Origin: Raillietiella orientalis
Lineage: Eukaryota
DNA: 64,000 bases
Direction of reading: 5' to 3'
NCBI GenBank assembly: GCA_036172245.1
Contig: JAYWIR010000026.1
Span: forward strand, 496,001-560,000
Shown here: piece after piece, positions 40,004 to 52,075 of the stretch
How the letters are laid out: each line of letters begins with the position of its first letter
Position numbering within the stretch: the first letter of the stretch is position 1
Notes under the pieces: generated by a model
Told to the model about the DNA's origin: nothing
Seen by the model: only the letters and a program-made list of their open reading frames with translations
Databases searched by the model: none
Translations under genes and position numbers: made by a program

Positions 40004-43000
40004 TCATGAGTTTTTCAGATTTGCAAAACCGACATCTTGGCACCCTTCGGGACCGCCCAGGTGCAGAATCGTGTAGTATTGCCTGAGGAGTCCCGTCCCT
40101 AGGGTAAAGAATTTGTCGTCTTTGGGACTCTTTTTGTTGGAGGAGACCGCGAGGCCACAGGAGCCGTCCTGGAAGAGATCGGGCGACCCCTGGCAGTGAG
40201 GATACCCGAAGGGAGAATGGACGGTCGTACCTGGTTTTGTTTATACAGCTCCCGGAAGGTCAGGTTGAAACTGGGGAACTCGAAGGTCAGCAAGAGTTCT
40301 TTAGAGTCGCCTTTGCGGGCAGTGTCCTGCAAACGCAAGAGGAGGAGATCCTCGCCTCAACATCCCCCCCTCGGGTGAGCCTTACTTGACTGATCCTGTC
40401 CGCCTTCCCTTTCTGACAATTTTGGGTCTGTAGTCCGGCCTCCAGCTTCCGATAGAGCTCTCTGGGGACCTCTGAGATAGGTGACCCAGTTTCGATCGAC
40501 ACGTGGCACTCCTCCTCGCAGAAGGTCACCTTTCCTACAGTCACCCTGGAGACGAGGAGGCGGGGGAGAGGCGGGGCAATGTCCTTTCCATTCCCCGAGG
40601 AGGGATCGCTCTGGTCGCGGAAGGAGGGAGATGCAATCGGGGAGGAAAAGCAGGACAAATTGGGCACGGCAGAGCGCCAACCCTCAGCTCCCGTCCCTTC
40701 TCCGAGGAGCGAAGATCGCAAGGAGATAAGGATGGGCAGCCGTTTGCCGAAGGGATGCAAATCAAGAGGGAAACCGCAAACTTCTGAACCCCCCCCCCTT
40801 CTGGAAGAGCTCCCTTTCAAAAAGAGACCTCCTTACTTCGTGCTAATGACGGTCCAGCGCCCGCCCACAGTGCTCACGTAGTTGATCGGATCCTTGTAGG
40901 CGCTCTGGTCCAAGGTGCATACTGCGAGCGACCCCTGTGGACTGGAAAAGGAGCAGGATAAAAAATGGCACCGTTCCTCCTCTCTCTTCTCCCCTTCCCT
41001 CCTTTGCTCTCCTCGTGACGCAAGAGGCGAGGTCAGGAGGTACATCGACCTGCCTGGTGAGATGGAAGCCCAGCACCTTATTGTCGCAGTGCCCGAGCAG
41101 TTTCTTCACCAGGGGGCTCCTAGCGGCAGGCCTGATGATTTTGCTCGTAGGGCTGAGGCCCAAGAACCCGTCCTCTGGGTGCTGCTTTTTTGGGAAGGAC
41201 TGTCTGTCGTCTACCAAGATGATCTCGGAGAGGCTGATGCGCGGAATGGACGCAGAGCCGACCTGGAGAAGAAGGTAGGGAGGTCTCAGGACGCGCCGGA
41301 GAAGTCCACCGCTGCCCCGCCCCTCTCTCGGAGGCAGCTCGTGGGTGTCTTCCGTTCTCTTCCTGCCCGCACGCGAGACCCCAGTGGCTGCGGTGCAGAA
41401 GAGCGACGTCTGCCAGAAGGGAGCGCGCGAGCACGGGAGATCGCAACCGCCCCGGGATCGCCTCCCATAGTCCTCGCAGAGAGAGGCGAGGAGTGGAGGA
41501 GGAAGGAAAGGAAGAGTATGAAACACACCCCGGAGCAAGAAAATGGCAGGCGGGGTGCGGCTGCTGACCTTGACCGTGTCCATCACTTCTTGACCAACGA
41601 AGTCCGTGTCAAAGAACTCATCGATGACAAGTTCGTCTAGAAATTCGCACGTCGAGGACTTACGACAGTTGAACTTCTTGCGCTCCTCTGTAAAGCAACG
41701 ATGTCGTCTGCCGTCCGTTCCTCGTGCGCTGCCGGGCGCGACTTACCGCAGAATTGGTCTTGGCAGCCCTTCGAAGGCAGCCAAACAAACGGCGACTGCG
41801 TATACGGGAGCACCAGAAACTGCTCAGGAGGAGTTCCTATCTGAACTGAAAAGGTGAAGATGCCCTGAAAAGACAAAATGGTGCTGACAATGGGGGCAAA
41901 GACGACGTCTCCGTACTGCGGACGCTCCTGAGGACTCTTCTCTCGTCCCTTTCGAGCAATGGGAGGAAAACGTACTGGTTTCGCAAACAACAGCACTCGA
42001 GTGGAGGGAATTGCCTGAGAGGAGGGGTGAATGGGGAGGAAGAACGGAAGAAGAAGAGGAGGGAGAGAGGAAGGACAGGCACTTTTCGTGGGATGGGACC
42101 CGAGGCTGCTCCACCAGCAGGAACCGCTGCCTTGAGGTGTGATGTCAATGTTGGGACGAAGAATGCCTAGAAATGCATCGGCTGGAAATTCACCAGCTGA
42201 AATCTGACGAACGCACGACCACGCCCTCAACCACTCTCACTTCGTTTTTCGGCACGCCTTAGGAAATAAAGAAACGTGGCGTTCCAAAGAGGAAACTTCC
42301 CCACACGTTGACCTCGAGTTGATCGCTTTAAGCAGTGGCCTCAACTCCACTCGTCGCTTTTCCTCCTCAGAAACGCTCTGCTTCCATGCCGCTTCCAAGA
42401 TGGCCGCACGGAGGCACCAAGCATCACACGGAGGCTACCCAGACGCTTCCAGGCAAGCAGCTGACCGAGGTCGTCTCCAGCAGCAACTGGGATTTGGACC
42501 ATTGGAATCGCCAGCATTCTCTGGCTGGGAGACCTTCAGAAAACAGGTCGCAGGGAACGATAACAGCCGAAGCCTTCGCGTCGCATTTGGCAGTAAGAAA
42601 GGACCCTTCTGGCAAAGCTGCCTCTTGAAGTTTCCATCCCAATTCCGAGCGCAGCGGGCAGGTGGGAGAAGTAATAAAGTGACGCGCGGTAGCGACGTTT
42701 GCGTGAAACCCTTTTGGCCCCGCTCGTCCTGCTCTCCCGAAAACACCGAGCGACCACACCCCGAATAACACAGGGAGCGAGCAAAGTCTACGGATCGAAG
42801 GCGCCGCCCCATTGGGATCGGGCAGCTCCGCCGGAGGGAACGGAACAAATCAAAGTTCGTATGCGCGGAAGAACGGATCCTCCGCGTCGCCGAGGATGCG
42901 AAGCGTCCGAAAGGATCGACGTGCGTGGCTTACTTCTTCCGTTGAGTTCATCGGGATGATTTCACCTGTAATCATCTGACCCTGGCCGTGGGGAGACAAC

Positions 43001-43106
43001 GCTTGTGCAGTGCTGCAAGAGAAAGCTTTAAGAGGCCCCACTCGTCCAGAAAATCTTCTTACCACAGGAGGAACAGCAGCTCTGGGTACAGCATGGCGAT
43101 CTTCAT
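40004..43106 (-). CDS. Secreted pepsin-like (peptidase A1) protein with both catalytic aspartates substituted; ~364 aa, 9 coding exons
   Basis: Exons 43106-43063, 43012-42934, 41864-41747, 41687-41569, 41262-41054, 40941-40837, 40545-40386, 40326-40231, 40168-40004 splice in phase (1095 nt, no internal stop). Signal peptide MKIAMLYPELLFLLCTAQA; motifs QIGTPPEQF, WLPSKGC...C, KFNCRKSST, DGFLGL, YKDPINYV, LGTGLLRQYY, VGFA. Confidence 0.9.
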
Positions 43107-43249
43107 CTTTGGTTGGTAGGACCGGACTCGGTTCTTCTGAAGGAAGCAGCCAGGCTCTCTGGTGCCAGTGGATCACTCACCCTGATCTACTTCGCTTTTA
43201 TAGCCCACGCTGCTTTGTCTGCTCCTTTCCACCAGCAGGCCAAAATTAG

Positions 43250-46200
43250 AAGAGTCTGCAGAGATGCTCGCTCCGGAGCAGCTGCAAACTTTGCAGATAA
43301 TTATTTCTTTCAGATTCGTTGCGTGTCGATAATGGGTAAGCAACCGAATGTCGGAAATTGCGCCTCATCTCAGCTGCAGACTCGGCATGCGATCCGGGCA
43401 ATTACCTGAATCCCTGCGAGGGTGCTCGAGGGCTTCTGGCCGTTCCAGCAAGTGCCTTCCGAGATGCGCTTCCCTCCTTTTTCTCCCAACAAGAAGAAGC
43501 GCTAAAAATAAACCAATTCTCCGAAAACACGGCACTCGCCGATGTGTGCACCGAAGGATCACGCAGCACGGGAGAGGGGAGGGGGGTGGGGCTCGCACCG
43601 GGAACGAGATCAAGTGCACGGGTGTGTCCTCCACCCTCTTTCGGAGCCAAGAAGAAGAGATGCGAGTCGAAGCCATGCAGCATCCTCCGGGAAGCCGCTC
43701 CCGGCCCCAAGAGCCACGCAGCAGGCGGGAACGCGTCGAAGGGGCTTCGGTCATAAAGATTACAGAAAATACATACACACCGCTCACTATTTATATTAAC
43801 AAACAGATTTACGTATAGATTAAAGTGTAGAATGAAACAGATTATAAATATTATAAAAAAGTATGCGTGTTTATAATGTATGTTAATAGACAGGTTTATG
43901 CATAGATTAATGTATATTCTGAAAATTACAGAAAGAAAACACGTATGCTTGTTACATACTTTCAATTTATTGATTTATTTGAGATTTATATGTGGACTAA
44001 CGTAAAGGAAAATGAGTATCATCAAGATTAAAAAATTACATGTATATGCTCTATGTATAGATTTTTATGTATTTCAAATAAATAAAGACTATAGATTTAT
44101 GATAAAATACATCATAAAGATTATAAAAAATAGATATACGTGCTTAGTATATCCATTAATACATAGATTTGTGTGCAGAATAATGTGTATTATAAAGATT
44201 ATACTAAATATATGTATATGCTTGGTATATGTACGCATGCATACATTTGTATATAGATTAATGCATAGAATAGGACATATTATAAACTTTATAGAGAACA
44301 AATACAAATTCATAGTACTTGTATGAATAGAGAGATCTATTTACACATTCATATGCAAATTCGACATACCTATTTATGACTATTGCCAACATTGTGATTT
44401 GTTCATTGCATCAGAATACTCATTTGCATATAGAACTATGCATATTGCAAAGATTATGAAGAATATATGCATGCGATTATTCTATACATCAATATGTATG
44501 TTTATATATGATTAATACATGGATTAATATGCATTATTAAGAGAATAGTACGTGTGTGTTTATCCTAGATACTAACAAAATTACTTATTAGCCTTTTATA
44601 TACATTTGTATATATTACAAAGACTATCAAAAATAAATACATACGGTTGCTTTAATTGAATAAAAGCAAAAGAAGTGATTTTTTATGAGCTTTCTACTAT
44701 GTATCGATCCACACACTGATTCATGTATCAATATATACGTATATTCTAAGCACGTGTATTGGCTTTCCAGGATCTTTGGGGCTTTGGGACCGCACCCGTT
44801 TGAGGGAAAACGAGCGCCTTCGCAGGGGTCACGGAGATGCGGGGAAACGGCGTGCCTGGGGGCAGAACTCTGCCCGCTGGCTTCTCTGGAGGTCGCGCAC
44901 GAGGTCCGAGGTCGCCCGCACCGCATCTCCTCCTCGGAATGGGGGGACTCCTCCGTGGACTCCACCGCGCCGTGAAGGCTCGGCGAGCGGCGGCCAAACT
45001 CCAAGCTGCTGTCGGAAGCGTGCAGGGGGGTCCCCTACGCGGGTGGCAGCATCTCAGTGCCCCATTGCCCCCGGCAAGCGGCACGTGGGAAGCTGCTTGC
45101 CGGAGGGACTGCCGAGAGTGTTCTTCGCGGGCCTGAGATGGCGCTGCTGTTCCGTCCGCGGAAAGCTGTCCGAAGAACATTCGGGATGTTCTCCCTTCGG
45201 TCGCGCAACTTTCTACAAAAGCGAAACGTTCTCTTTTGTTTGGATCGTGACTTTGGGGAAACGGGAAGTGCAACCACCCAAGCACCCACCAAAGGCGGTG
45301 GTTTCTGTTTGGAGCTGCCCCTTCCTTGTGGTTGATGAAACGTGCAGTCTCCGTTTTCTCCACTGGCAGGACTGCGCCGGAAGTGGATGGACTTTGCTTC
45401 TTTGAGCCGCATGCAAGCAAACCGCGGACCCCGGAAGAGCCTGCAGAATACTCGATCGTAAGAGGGACTTTTTGCCTGTGGAAGGCGTTCCAAAAAAGGA
45501 GGCTGCAGTGTTCTCGAAAGGCCGCTTTCCTTGTCCGGAGCTGATGGTGCCGCCACGGCCATTTCGTTGCGCATGCATGCGGTTCTTCGAGTTATGTGGG
45601 GTTTGGAAGAGTACCATCTTCCACACCCAGCGTAAGGCTAAGAAGGTGCTGAGTTGCCACGCGCAAGCGCCGACGCGTACTGTGAAAAAGAGGAAGCAAT
45701 TCCATACAGTTTGAGAATCGGGAGATCCCGGGAAGACTATTCTGGAATGAACGCTGAGAACAAAAGAGGGAAGAGGAAGAAATATTCAACCGCCTCGATG
45801 GCGGGGGGCAAAGCTTTGCGACCATCTCTCAAAGTCGCTTTGCGAGATGGTTTCACTGTGGCAGAGTAAAGCAATAAGGGAAAACACCCCGAGGCACTTT
45901 TACCTTGTCTCCGTTTGCCCGCTTGCCACGAATCGGCTTCCGGGAGCATGCATCCCATTCGGGAGGGTGTATGCCCTGTTCCGATGTTTGGAAGACTCGA
46001 ACGCTTGGAATCGATTCTCATTGGAGGCAGCTGAGGGCCCTTCCCAGCGCTGCCAGCTACGTGTACAGTGTGGTCCAAGAAAATTAGGGTTCAGATCGTT
46101 CGAACTTGAAGAAAGCACGGAATTATTCTTTCCACATTTGATTTATCCGAAATGGAGTCCACCTGGCTCTGCATGCTGCTTTGCGCGGGATTTCAATTTC

Positions 46201-47650
46201 CGCATGGCAATGGCGTAGTGCTTTCAAGGGATCTCCTGCAAGCACAGCTGTCTGAATGTCACTGACGAGCCCCCCTGACCTGCGGTCTCATTCGCCGAAT
46301 AGGAAACGGTCGGGAAGAAGAAAATTCGGCAAGTCCGGGGATGGGGCGACGCCAGATGGGTCTTCTGTCATTCGCCTGCCTTCTTGCGCTGGCGACAGCA
46401 AGCACGGTGACCGATTGCGTGCGCGGTTTGCGGAGTGTCCAAAGTGTCCACCGCCCTTCGAGTTTCCTCCTTGAGGGCAATTTTGCACCGACGGAGACGT
46501 CGCCGTCGGGTGCCCGTTGCAACTGGGCGACCTTTGCGTTCGTCGTCCTTTCGCCGGCCAACCGTCTTCCGTCTCGAAGTCATGTCTTTGGACCATCCGT
46601 GGCTGCGTCCCCGTGGGCCTTTCGAACGGTGGCACTGCGTCCGTAGCCACAACTTTCTTCCTTCACGAAAATTTCGCCAGAGGGCGAAAACCAAAGTCTC
46701 GCGAAACGTCCCTTCACATCAAAAACGAAACACGCAGTCACGTTGGTCGTTTTCCGCACCATTTAAGGAAGGGGCATGGCAAATGGTCCCTCTGCCCGCC
46801 GGTGCACGGCATGACCACTGCAGTCTCAGAAAATCGAGTCCTCAGTCTAACACTCGTGGGTCGGGCTGCGTACATCTCTTTGCATCTTTTAGTTTGTGGT
46901 GTCTCGTACGCCCTCTTTCCTACAGTACATTTTTTCAGAATGGAAGCACAGATGGCAGAGCGGCTCCGCAGGCTCTGGCAACGTAACCAAGGCGATGGAT
47001 GTGTTTCCTTTTCGGTTTCGTGCTAGCATTCTCCAGCGACTGAAGGAGTTTTCCTCTTCTGAAGCCAACACCTACCACTCGCATCCAGTAGTTCCCTTGG
47101 CGCGCCCTCGCAGAGATGAAAATTTCCACGCCTACATCACGAACGATGAACGAAGTGGTTTCCTCCAAACTTGGAAGGAGTCTTTGTGGCATCCTTTACC
47201 CCCGAGCTCCCTTCCTGCTGCTGCTTGTAAGTTCTTCAGGCAAGCAGTACGAAGCGCGAAGAGCGCGGAAGGATTTTGTGAGGTCAAACCGCGTAGAAAA
47301 AAGCGTGAAGCGTACGGAAACGCGTATGTGATTTCGGTTCCGAAAAGCGAACCGTTCCCAATGGACGCCGTCGTCAGTGGCCAAGCGGATGCCGACCGTG
47401 TGAAGTCTTCGATTACCACGACCGAGTTCTCCTTCATGGAACGGAAGACGGCAGCACGGAGTGCGCGCTGTGTGGAGTTCGTTCCGAAAACTGCGGTGCC
47501 CAGAACAGCCCTGGCAGAGCGTGCAAATCCTGGAGTCATCCTGGAGGATCAGATACCACGGAGCAGGGTGTGGCCAAGTAAGTCTCTTTTATTGCTGCGT
47601 GAATCGGGAATGCATCGAGTGTCCCCAATCCCTTGGTCTTGTTACGTGAC
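43250..47650 (-). mobile_element. Degenerate L1/Tx1-like element (ORF1, APE, RT, post-RT) split by the AT block
   Basis: FFLRGL and LGYVARAC (ORF1, 47.3-46.9 kb), VLAGD (~46240), LPQAKSPSYD (~45470), INHKEG..NRNHR (~45320), GVHGGVPHS (~44950); after the AT block, LAPKEGGG....DL (~43640). Confidence 0.65.
43752..44778. repeat. AT-rich foldback-like block inserted in an L1 relic
   Basis: Forward AAAGATTA units (e.g. 43755, ~44115, ~44193; ~78-bp spacing); right end reverse-complement AAAGATCCTGGAAAGCCAATACACGTGC points inward. Confidence 0.65.
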
Positions 47651-48819
47651 GTGGAACGACGCAGGTGGGGAAATGACTCGTTGAGAGGTCAGGCGGTTTG
47701 CCGACCACATTACATGTGGATGGCTACTCTCACGGCTCGAATTCAGTCTTTCTTCCTTTTCATGAAAGTCAGCCAAAGCCATGGATTCTCTGACGGTTGC
47801 TTGCAAGGGCCATACGTTTATGGACTTGGAGCCAAAGGCGGGAAGTTCAGACCTTTCGGCACCTTTGAAATGGTGGTAACTTTGGGGAGAAGGGGGAAGT
47901 CGACTGAGTCTCCCATGGGAACGATTTCGATGTCATCGTTCGATAGGATTCGGAACTGCTGATGTCTGCTGGTTTGGGTGCGTTGGGGGACCTCGGAATG
48001 CTTACTGCAGCCCCGTCCATGTGTCGAGAGTCGTTCGCTTTTGTTTATTTAGCACGGATGGTAAGCAGCCTTTTTGGGCTGGATGGACAGGTGGTGTTCG
48101 TGTGAAGTGTTTCCACCGAAGCAGATGCACTCATCAGATTGTCCAATTTTCGTTTCGCTTCGGGACGCCTTTGTTCCATGCTGGTGACTCTTTGGTTTCT
48201 GGAAAATACGACCTATTTAACGAGTCGTAGAATCGGACGGCGTTTCTGCTGACGTCCAAAGTGCTCAAAACGTCTCAATACTTTTCACCATGTATGTATT
48301 TTCTTCGATGCAGACGTCCCTTTTACAAGAGTTATTATTATAAGAGTTAACCACACAACTTCGGATGCTCAGTGTTGATCCCATGTTGATGGCGCATAGC
48401 GGTTGCACCAACGAAAACTTTGGGAATGGAGTCTGTGTGGTGGATGCTCCCATCACACACACTCACAGGAGTGGAGGTGCTGCACCACTTCAGCTTCCTT
48501 TACTGCTGTCACCCTTACATGGTCGAAAGCGGTAGACAGCTACGGCGTCCGTCGACGCTGAAGCTTCTCTGGCCGATGACATGGACTGCGCAACTTCTTT
48601 CGGTCCAATCAGATGTTCTTACTCTTCTAAAGCTGCCTTGGTCTTCATGCCCATTGTACCATCACCATTCGCCGACAAATTTCGACTTTAAAAGTGGGGA
48701 ATTGGCTGAGGATCGTGGACAACGATGGGACATAGCAGAGGCTGAAGTCGCTGCCGGACGCAATTCGGGACCGGGACCCGCTGTCGGGCAACAGGACCAC
48801 GTAATCCTTGTGGTCCCAC

Positions 48820-48915
48820 GGGATCCATTGGTCACTCCGGCCTTTCCACCGTATGTGCAACTTGGGGCTCCGCAGCTCGTGATGCAATCCAAGATGCGAC
48901 ATCTTTTCCCAAGCT
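48820..48915 (-). other. Possible chromodomain fragment (retroelement/Maverick-type)
   Basis: KLHIRWKGRSDQWIPW resembles YLIKWKG....W.P. Confidence 0.3.
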
Positions 48916-49299
48916 CGGAAATTCTTCGATTGTCTTCGTTTACCTCAGCAGCACGAAACTTTCCTCTGTGGCAGAAGATCGTTCAATCTGAATCGTTTAG
49001 GGCGAATTCTGAAAGGCACTCTGTGGTCATTCGGCAGAAATTACGAGCGCATCTCGTGCGTGCTGCGAGGTGGTTGCGGCAGGGGTGGCACGGGTTTGAC
49101 CGGATCGGTCAGTGCATTGGCTCCGTGGTTTGGTTTCCACCTTTCCTCCCTGTCAATGTTTAAAATCCTACGCCGCTGTGGCGTATGCGTGGATTTCTCG
49201 TGTGCTGTGCGTGTTGTTGTAAATGAAGGGCTCAGAACTCGGTCAGGGTGTCGGAAGTTGGAATGAAAATGTAAGCATTTGCCGAGGAAGTCGCGGTGC

Positions 49300-51400
49300 T
49301 AAGGGATGGTGGCAATGGCGAGTCTCGTGGAGCACTTGAAGCACGTAGCAGCAAATAGTTTGCTGCCGTAGCTGCTGCGCTTTGTTTCTGTTTCTGGAAA
49401 CCTATAGAACTGAAATCGATTCTTATGTTTCACATGAATCGCTATAACACGAAGACATCCTCTGCTCCTGGGAGCGTGCGCGCTGGAAGGAATTTCGCAA
49501 AGCTAAGCACAGAGAGATCGCAATTCGATGTTGGGGCGGTGAAGTATCTGTTCCAAGTGAATGGCTCGCAACATTTTCTCTGGCGCCCTTGGTGGCTTCC
49601 TGGATGTGATGCAGCATTTGGGCGAGGGGGGGGTTGTATGGCGCAGCTTTGCTGTTGTCCCTGCTGAAGCCAACGACGGTGATTGGTTGCCGCTGTAGAG
49701 ATGGGTGTCGTCAGCCTTCCTGCATGACTGCATGCGTTTGGTCTTTTTTCCAGAGTCGAAGGACTTTGGCAAATGTTTTGCTTGCAGTTCCGAGCGGATC
49801 AAGTATCCAGGAGGTGGTTCATGTGTGCGATGACTGTTTGATCCTGGTCCTTCCATGGGATTCTTCTGTATTTATGATCTTGTGATTCGGAAGCAATCCT
49901 GAATAAGGTTTGTTCGTGGCGTAGAATTTCATCTTAACACCCACGGATTTACCGTTCTGGATCAATGGTAGTATTTGGAATTATGGAATTCTTCAAGAAT
50001 AGATGGAAATTTTCCGCATAGGGTTTTCCGGAAATTCTCCTTCATTGTTTTTCGAATGGTCATGTTGTCGAAGGAGATGTGGTGACGGTAAGCAAACGGA
50101 TTCCCATCTTACCACCTGAAGAGGTAACGCACTGTGCTTTTGGCTTAAGGTCCCTCCTGATGCGCTCTGCAAGGGTTGTCTCGAATACCTCGCTTTTCAG
50201 GTGTAGAGTGGTGTGGGCTCGAGTCTGCCTCTATTCTTTAGCTCTTCCTTCCTCTGTTTCCGAGTGTTCTCCTGTCTTCAGCTGGCGTCTCGAAGCCGTC
50301 TGTCCTCTGTGCGTGGTGGCGCGACATCTTTTGAGCATTGCGATCAAAGGATTTTTGGTCTTTACTGAGGGCATGAATGTCGTTGTACGTCGATTCCTTA
50401 GGAATTTTGGTTTCCATTGGTGGTAATGAGCAGAGGTTTGTGAAGATGCTTATCTCTATTGTGATCGTGGTTCGGAGTAGGGCAGACTGCTGGGTTTAAT
50501 AATCGTTGTTGAACTGTGGCTGAGCAAGAGGTCGAGTCTTGCTGAAGGAAGGAAGCCATCTGGATGATTCCCAGGAAGAGAAGGAAGGTGGCGATAGAGT
50601 GTCAGTGTCGGAGAGTATATAGAGGGCGTTCAATGAGGAGCCGTGTTGGCAGTCATCATCGTGGATGTGTTTCTCACGAGGCTACTGTATTCTCTTTGTA
50701 CACGTGTATGGTTGCTTATGGTGAAACTTCACGTGTCCATCGTGTTGCTGAAAAATGAAGTTGACAAAAAGTTGGATATAGGAAGTGTGCTGTGGAAATT
50801 GATGACTATCAATGTTTCTGTGTGGTCGGAAACGGTTAATCTGGTGAGCATAAAAAGCGTTTGTCAATATGTGAAGATTGATGGCAACATGGCTCACCAT
50901 CTCGCACATGATTCCGTTTCTTAAAGACTATGACAGCGTACTGGACCGTGTACGGCTTGTTTTGCAAAAAGTGTACCGAAGGGAAGCTCCTCACCGTTGT
51001 TCAGGAAGCGGCATCCACCTTTTTGCAGCTCTGCATGTGGATGGAGTTTCCTTTGAGGATCAAGAATCTTGCAAATGTGTTTTCTTCTGGTGTTTCTAGC
51101 ATTATCTGGTCAAAAAGGACTATCATGGGATGAGGAATTATTTGTGTTTAGCTGGACTGTTTGTGAGCAACAAATTGCAAGAAAATGGTGCTTCTGAGGA
51201 TGTAAAGAAGCAAATGGATAGGTTTCGTCGTCACCGAATACGACGAGTATGGGCGTGTTCGGTACCTGTGGCACTGGAAAGTACATATACGTTCTTGTGT
51301 CAAGTTGTTGAGAATGTGTGAGGGTGGCCAAAGGAGGCGTGCGATAAAGTGTCTTTGGCTGCAGTGGGAAGATGAGAAGTGTGAGTGTTCTGTTCACATC
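49300..51400 (-). mobile_element. Degenerate jockey/I-group LINE RT relic
   Basis: SEVFETTLAERI (~50190), SFDN (~50070), PPPG...SEL, KADDTHLYS (~49692-49718), AIHLEQIL...NI. Confidence 0.6.
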
Positions 51401-52075
51401 TCCTTGGGAACGTATCATTCGGTCAACTGTTTTACGAATGCGCGGAGGGGCTCATTTGCAGTTTCGACGTCGACCAGTCCTTCCAAATTTCTGGCACTTC
51501 GGTCAGCCCCGTTATGGAGAGCTGTTTTTCTGTTCCACTGCGATCGCGCACCGCCACCTCTGGATTGGCATTCGTTCATATAGAATGGTGCGCTGTTAGT
51601 TGTTTGTCCACAGGTCGTTCTCCATGCAGAAGGTGGGTCGAACCATGCGCTCCAGCTGCGGTGTCCCACCTACTTGCCCGGGAAAAAGGATGCGATTCCG
51701 CAGGCGGGGCCGGAAATTGCCTTCCTGTCAGAGTGCGTCAAGCAACCAGCTGAGGAGGCGGAGGACTTAATTATTCTGAGATCTCCCTGCATTCCATAGT
51801 AATGGCTTCCACATTAAGTGAACTCTGCATACAAATTGGTGAAGGGAGGAATGACTGATATTCGGCGTTGTTGTTCAGCGAATATCATATACTTCAACAG
51901 TCTGTGGTATACGCTCGGAATCAACTGACCACTCCTTCCAGTATCGTAGTGTGATGCGGCGCAAAAGATCGCACTGCTCTGTGGCGTAAAGACTCTTTTT
52001 TGGGTAGAACAAAATCTCCAGAGGCTCAGCCTTTGCGAGAGACGGTGTTACCACGGTAATGGGGACCCAAGAACG

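Noticed and set aside
40287..40820. Retroviral/Ty3 protease (IETGSPIS)
   Set aside because: It is the C-lobe exon of the spliced two-lobed pepsin-like gene; no gag or RT adjacent.
40915..41640. 241-aa plus-strand ORF
   Set aside because: Antisense to protease-like exons and GC-rich introns.
41664..41687. 24-nt microexon using GTAAGT at 41663
   Set aside because: Read-through gives the conserved KFNCRKSST motif in frame, so this GTAAGT is exonic.
43752..44778. CRISPR-like repeat-spacer array in AT blocks
   Set aside because: Units are degenerate along their whole length with no unique spacers, there are no cas genes, and the context is eukaryotic.
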